Positions 59,581 through 64,000 of a DNA stretch of 64,000 nucleotides are shown here, piece after piece. The translations under genes were made by a program, and so were the position numbers. Every line of letters begins with the position of its first letter. Position 1 is the stretch's first letter. The stretch lies in the IMG/VR virus record IMGVR_UViG_3300009184_000029, positions 62,001 to 126,000 of that record. The stretch is one strand, 5' to 3'. The notes under the pieces were generated by a model that saw only the letters and a list, made by a program, of their open reading frames with translations, searched no databases and was not told where the DNA came from.

Positions 59581-61256
59581 GTTTTACTTTAGTTACTGGT
59601 TTATGGGATATTGGAAGAGGAGAACTTAATGAAGGATGGTCAAGAAGTTTTAATCACTACTTAGATAAATTTGAGGAGTTATTAAAAATAGAAGAAAATT
59701 TAATAATTTTTGGAGATTCAGAGTTAGAAAAATTTGTAAGTGAAAGAAGAAATCCAAAAAATACTCAATTTATAATTAGAAATTTAGATTGGTTTAAAAA
59801 TAACGATTACTATGAAAAAATTCAAAATATAAGAAATAGTTCGGAGTGGAAACATCAATCAGGATGGTTAAAGGATTCCACTCAAAGTAGGTTAGAAATG
59901 TATAACCCTTTGGTTATGTCAAAAATGTTTTTATTAAATGACGCTAGAATTTTTGACAAGTTTAACTCTCAATTTTTATTTTGGATTGATGCAGGTATTA
60001 CCAACACAATCCATCCTGGATATTTTACTCACGATAAAGTATTTGATAAATTACCTAAAGAAATTAAAAAGTTTACATTTGTTTGTTTCCCATATAATGC
60101 GTCCAATGAAATTCACGGATTTGAATATCCTGAAATAAATAAATGGGCGGAAGGTAATGTTAAAAAAGTTGCCAGAGGAGGATTTTTTGGAGGTCCTAAA
60201 GAAACTATATCTGAAATAAACTCACAGTATTATAACTATTTAATTAACACATTAAGTGAGGGATTAATGGGAACTGAAGAGTCAATATTCTCAATAATGG
60301 TATATTCCAAATCAGAATTAATTGATTATTACGAAATCGAAGAGAATGGACTGATGGGTAAGTTTTTTGAGGACATTAAGGAAAATAGTTTGGATAAAAA
60401 AAGTGAATATAAACCAAAATCAACGTACCTTACAAAATACGATAAGAATAATGTCGGTTTATATGTAATAACTTTTAATAGTCCAAATCAATTTAAAACT
60501 TTAATTAATTCAATGTTAGAATATGATTCGGACTTTGTTAATTCCCCAAAAAGAAAAATATTATTAAATAACTCTACCGATTTATCGACCACGGATGAAT
60601 ATGTTAGATTGTGTGAAGAATTTGGATTTGAACACATAAAAAAAGATAACATAGGTATTACAGGTGGAAGACAATTCATTGCGGAACACTTCAATGAAAC
60701 TGAATTAGATTACATGTTCTTTTTTGAGGATGATATGTTTTTTTATAATAAAAAGGGGGAAGTTTGTAATAATGGATTTAACAGATATACCCCAAATTTA
60801 TATAAAAAATCTTTAAGTATTATTCATGAAGAAGATTTTGATTTTTTAAAATTAAATTTCACCGAATTTTATGGTGATAATTCAACACAGTGGAGTTGGT
60901 ATAATGTACCCCAAAATTTTAGAGAAACTCATTGGCCTAAAAACAAAAAATTACCTGTACAAGGATTAGACAAGAATGCTCCAAGAACAAAGTTTAATGA
61001 AATAAAATCATATAATGGATTACCATATGCTTCAGGGGAAGTATACATATGTAATTGGCCGATTCTCCTATCAAAAGAAGGTAGTTATAAATGTTATGTC
61101 GAAACAAAATATGCAAGTCCATTTGAACAAACAATAATGTCTCACAATTACCAAGAGATGGTTAAAGGTAATTTAAACCCAGGATTACTATTAATTACTC
61201 CTACTGAACATAATAGATTTGAACATTATGAATCAAGTTTAAGGAAAGAATGTTAA
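59577..61256 (+). CDS. HtrL/WlaTC-like domain fused to GT-A-like domain
   Basis: TLVTGLWDIGR, YNPLVMSK, FWIDAG, RGGFFGG, TEESIFS; C-terminal YVITFNSP and FFEDDMF. Confidence 0.78.
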   Translation: MSFTLVTGLWDIGRGELNEGWSRSFNHYLDKFEELLKIEENLIIFGDSELEKFVSERRNPKNTQFIIRNLDWFKNNDYYEKIQNIRNSSEWKHQSGWLKDSTQSRLEMYNPLVMSKMFLLNDARIFDKFNSQFLFWIDAGITNTIHPGYFTHDKVFDKLPKEIKKFTFVCFPYNASNEIHGFEYPEINKWAEGNVKKVARGGFFGGPKETISEINSQYYNYLINTLSEGLMGTEESIFSIMVYSKSELIDYYEIEENGLMGKFFEDIKENSLDKKSEYKPKSTYLTKYDKNNVGLYVITFNSPNQFKTLINSMLEYDSDFVNSPKRKILLNNSTDLSTTDEYVRLCEEFGFEHIKKDNIGITGGRQFIAEHFNETELDYMFFFEDDMFFYNKKGEVCNNGFNRYTPNLYKKSLSIIHEEDFDFLKLNFTEFYGDNSTQWSWYNVPQNFRETHWPKNKKLPVQGLDKNAPRTKFNEIKSYNGLPYASGEVYICNWPILLSKEGSYKCYVETKYASPFEQTIMSHNYQEMVKGNLNPGLLLITPTEHNRFEHYESSLRKEC

Positions 61257-61262
61257 GGTTGA

Positions 61263-61270
61263 TATTTATT
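61263..61270 (+). promoter_or_regulatory. TATTTATT upstream motif
   Basis: 12 nt before ATG at 61283, where structural genes resume. Confidence 0.55.
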
Positions 61271-61282
61271 TAAAAAATATCA

Positions 61283-61651
61283 ATGGAGTTTACTATTGCA
61301 AAAAATTCTAATTTACCTGTTTTAAAAATGCAACTTGTTAATGATGGTATAACTGACCCGTCAAAATTTAGTTCATTTATTGAAAATTCTTTGATTTATT
61401 TTTCTATGAAGGACTCTAGTAACGGGTCGTATAAGATTCAAAGTGCTCCTGCAGGATTTGTTAATAAAACATTTGTTAATCCTGATGCAACACCTGAATA
61501 TTATATTTTTTACAAATTTACAAAAACGAATACAAATAAATCGGGAATTTATGAAGGTGAGTTCAAATTTATAAATGATGAAGGTACCACAATTTTACCG
61601 ATAAGAGAAAAATTAATAATAAAAGTTATTGATAGTTATGTTTATTTTTAA
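61283..61651 (+). CDS. BppU-N-like baseplate/tail adaptor domain protein
   Basis: F.I.KNS.LP.L...L, G.YEGEF, ILPI...L.I.V.DS. Confidence 0.6.
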   Translation: MEFTIAKNSNLPVLKMQLVNDGITDPSKFSSFIENSLIYFSMKDSSNGSYKIQSAPAGFVNKTFVNPDATPEYYIFYKFTKTNTNKSGIYEGEFKFINDEGTTILPIREKLIIKVIDSYVYF

Positions 61652-61653
61652 TT

Positions 61654-62655
61654 ATGGAATGGTTTATTAAAAAAAATTCAACACAACCTATTTTACAACT
61701 TGAGTTTTCTCTCAATGGTAGGAGTGATTTTAATAAGAATGAAAATTTAACAAATTTCCCATCTGTTTATATATCTTTTTTAGATGTTAATAAGGGGAAA
61801 TATTTATCAACTTCAAAAACGTGTTACATAACAAAAAGTGGGTTAACCACAAATCCTACCGTTGAGAAGTATTATGTTAATTATCAATTTACGAATAAAG
61901 AAACTAAAAATATTGGTAGATATGAAGCTCAATTATCTATGATAGGTACTGACGGTACAAATATACTACCAATATCTGAAAAATTATATATTAATGTGAT
62001 TGATAGTTTTTCAGCTGATTATTATGGGTTTGATACAAATTATAAATTAGAAAGACCTTGTTGTAATGGTAAAGGAATTACTCCCGAACCTGAACCTGAA
62101 CCATTACCCGACGCTTTATTATTTATTGAGCCGGTTTCAAAATCTTCTTTTGTTTCAAATTATATGGTATCTCAGGGAGTGAATTTTTACGGTTTTAATT
62201 ATGGAATACCTCCAACATCTGATGATGATATTTTAAACTATATGGAAATGTATGCCAATTATGGTGACGATAATAATTTACCAATAGTTATACGACAAAC
62301 AATACCCCAAACTAATGGAGGTTATGATGATTTTAACAATCCTATAACAAAATATAATTTTTTAACAACCGAGATTGATTTAGGAACAATAAATGAAGAC
62401 GCTTGGTATACTTGGGTTATACCCATGGATTCTTTAGGAGGAGGTAAACAAACTAAAATATCTTATAGTACATCATCCCCAAATGACCTATTAACTGAAA
62501 ATATGAACAATCTAATATATCAATACGATGTTGTTTATAATGGTGTGAGCTTTAATTCGGGAAAATATTCAGTTTATACAACTTTTCAAAGTCATAATTT
62601 TAGGTTGAATAATAATAATAGATATATTTATTTTAAAGGTCATACTGTAGAATAA
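61654..62655 (+). CDS. BppU-N-like paralogue with PEPEP linker and C-terminal domain
   Basis: N-terminus parallels the previous ORF (WFIKKNSTQPIL, GRYEAQL, ILPISEKLYINVIDS). Confidence 0.6.
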   Translation: MEWFIKKNSTQPILQLEFSLNGRSDFNKNENLTNFPSVYISFLDVNKGKYLSTSKTCYITKSGLTTNPTVEKYYVNYQFTNKETKNIGRYEAQLSMIGTDGTNILPISEKLYINVIDSFSADYYGFDTNYKLERPCCNGKGITPEPEPEPLPDALLFIEPVSKSSFVSNYMVSQGVNFYGFNYGIPPTSDDDILNYMEMYANYGDDNNLPIVIRQTIPQTNGGYDDFNNPITKYNFLTTEIDLGTINEDAWYTWVIPMDSLGGGKQTKISYSTSSPNDLLTENMNNLIYQYDVVYNGVSFNSGKYSVYTTFQSHNFRLNNNNRYIYFKGHTVE

Positions 62656-62656
62656 A

Positions 62657-64000
62657 ATGAGTTTCAATTATAAAAATCCATTATCATCAACACAATTAGA
62701 CGGTACTAATTCGGTATCAAGAACATCAGTTTTTGGTACAAATTTTTCGGTTTTACAGACTGGTGGTTATATGGAAATATACCATTTAAGTGGTCTAACA
62801 TTTACAATACCTAACGGAAGTACAGGTTTAACTGAATATAGTGGTAATACAATACCTATTCAGTTTACTGTTTCAAATAATGTTAATGTACCAAATGTAC
62901 TAACATTAAATTCTGATAATATATCTTCAGGGAGACAAAGGTTGGGAATGTTGGTTTATGTTTATGAAAACAATACAACCTATCAATTAAGAATTCCTAA
63001 TTATGATGAATTATTTACTAGTGCAGTTACTACCAATGACGTTACCCAAACACAATTTGGTACTGCTGTAACTTATTCAGGACAAGGTGGGGTATCATTA
63101 ATTAACGCTTGGACGGCGAACACTATTGATGGTGTTGGTGGATATACAAAGGATGATGCTAAATGGGTAGTATATGTTGGGGATGGTGGAGGCGCGTCTT
63201 TAGTGAGTGGAACCACATCAGCAGGTACGGGTTCAACAACCGCAATCACTTTAAATTTAGTTGAGAATAATGGCACGAGTGGAATTACTGTAGATTTATC
63301 TAATGCGTTAACCTACATAAATCCTGACCCTGTTAAAAAAACTGTTGGAGGTATAGAAATACCTAACGCACCATTTGTTAGTGGGATGACTTTTCAACAA
63401 ATAATTGATGAGATTTTTTATCCTAAATTACCTCCCACAATTTTATTTAATAGATTTAATAGTTTTTTAATTGGTGGGACCGGACTTTTTGATACAAACC
63501 AAGTTTATGAAGTGGGCACGATTGGTGGGGTACAAATGACCGCAGGAATTATTCAAGGACAATCAACGGCAACTGGACAACCAATAAAATATATGGGTTT
63601 ACCAAACACATATACATTTACAGGAAACGGATTTACAACACAAACATTTAGTACTGCCGATTTAAGTAGAGCAACAACAGAAGTAAGCTATACAGGTTCG
63701 GTAGGTACAAACACATTTTACGTTAAAGTTGATTATAATTCAGGTGACATTCCTGTTTATGATGATGGTAGTCCATATAATAATGCCACATTTATTAATG
63801 CTGGTAGCATTTCAACAACAACAAGTTTTAATTGTAACTATCCATTTTTTGCAAATACTTTAGATATAACAGACTCTGACGGAACAAAATTAACATTAGC
63901 GGCAAGCACTGTATCTGAATACGTTTTTGAATACTTTCAAACAGAAATTAACGACCCAACAGGATTTGGAGTTTTTAAAAATTATATTGATATTGCCCAA
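62657..64000 (+). CDS. tail fibre/structural protein, 3'-truncated by window edge
   Basis: Manual translation MSFNYKNPLSSTQLDGTNSVSRTSVFG...RQRLGMLVYVYENNTTYQL; Thr/Gly-rich; no stop noticed while reading to the end. Confidence 0.72.
   Translation, partial: MSFNYKNPLSSTQLDGTNSVSRTSVFGTNFSVLQTGGYMEIYHLSGLTFTIPNGSTGLTEYSGNTIPIQFTVSNNVNVPNVLTLNSDNISSGRQRLGMLVYVYENNTTYQLRIPNYDELFTSAVTTNDVTQTQFGTAVTYSGQGGVSLINAWTANTIDGVGGYTKDDAKWVVYVGDGGGASLVSGTTSAGTGSTTAITLNLVENNGTSGITVDLSNALTYINPDPVKKTVGGIEIPNAPFVSGMTFQQIIDEIFYPKLPPTILFNRFNSFLIGGTGLFDTNQVYEVGTIGGVQMTAGIIQGQSTATGQPIKYMGLPNTYTFTGNGFTTQTFSTADLSRATTEVSYTGSVGTNTFYVKVDYNSGDIPVYDDGSPYNNATFINAGSISTTTSFNCNYPFFANTLDITDSDGTKLTLAASTVSEYVFEYFQTEINDPTGFGVFKNYIDIAQ

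Noticed and set aside
3387-63276. Many short antisense or alternative-frame ORFs in the track (for example 3387..3809, 13361..14023, 38936..39277, 42752..43366)
   Set aside because: They lie entirely inside well-supported genes and mirror their low-complexity codons (shadow ORFs).
1-64000. Alternative genetic code (stop-codon reassignment) as in some large phages
   Set aside because: Conserved genes are full length in the standard code and coding density is high. TAA and TGA terminate genes, and TAG appears to end 18204..18671.
1-64000. Giant eukaryotic virus (NCLDV) origin suggested by eukaryote-like glycosyltransferases
   Set aside because: Terminase, gp20 portal, gp21 protease and gp23 capsid define a tailed phage head.
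1-64000. tRNA or other structured RNA genes
   Set aside because: Intergenic gaps are short and AT-rich; only terminator hairpins were seen. A tRNAscan-SE/Infernal run would confirm.

Overview
AT-rich segment of a large tailed dsDNA phage with a T4-type head module. Host is possibly Bacteroidota, inferred only from weak cues (A-rich start contexts without obvious Shine-Dalgarno sites, one DUF4494-like gene). No rRNA, tRNA, CRISPR array or transposase was seen, and the standard genetic code reads all genes intact. Layout: (1) partial ClpC-like ATPase on the minus strand at the left edge. (2) Plus-strand block 1522-17772 with KTSC, a Pol-beta-type nucleotidyltransferase, several acidic/Pro-rich probable head proteins, large terminase, portal, prohead protease, scaffold and a 600-aa major capsid protein. 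(3) Minus-strand block 48641-17761 with a WYL protein, a roughly 20-kb glycan-biosynthesis cassette (about a dozen or more predicted glycosyltransferases, Gmd, RfbH/E1, RmlD-like reductase, methyltransferases, with PhoH, dUTPase and a 3'-5' exonuclease embedded), a gp55-like late sigma factor and baseplate-type genes. (4) Plus-strand block 48692-64000 with a LamG-like protein, a 1376-aa tail fibre carrying Cys-rich repeats, a second 6-kb cassette of eukaryote-type glycosyltransferases (GT60, GT10, GT7, HtrL-like) and further tail proteins running off the end. The most notable candidate systems are a phage-encoded protein/virion glycosylation pathway, a recurrent upstream motif TATTTAT(A/T) that is the reverse complement of the T4 late promoter, and a set of possibly capsid-packaged cargo proteins. 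Family calls come from recognised motifs, not database searches.
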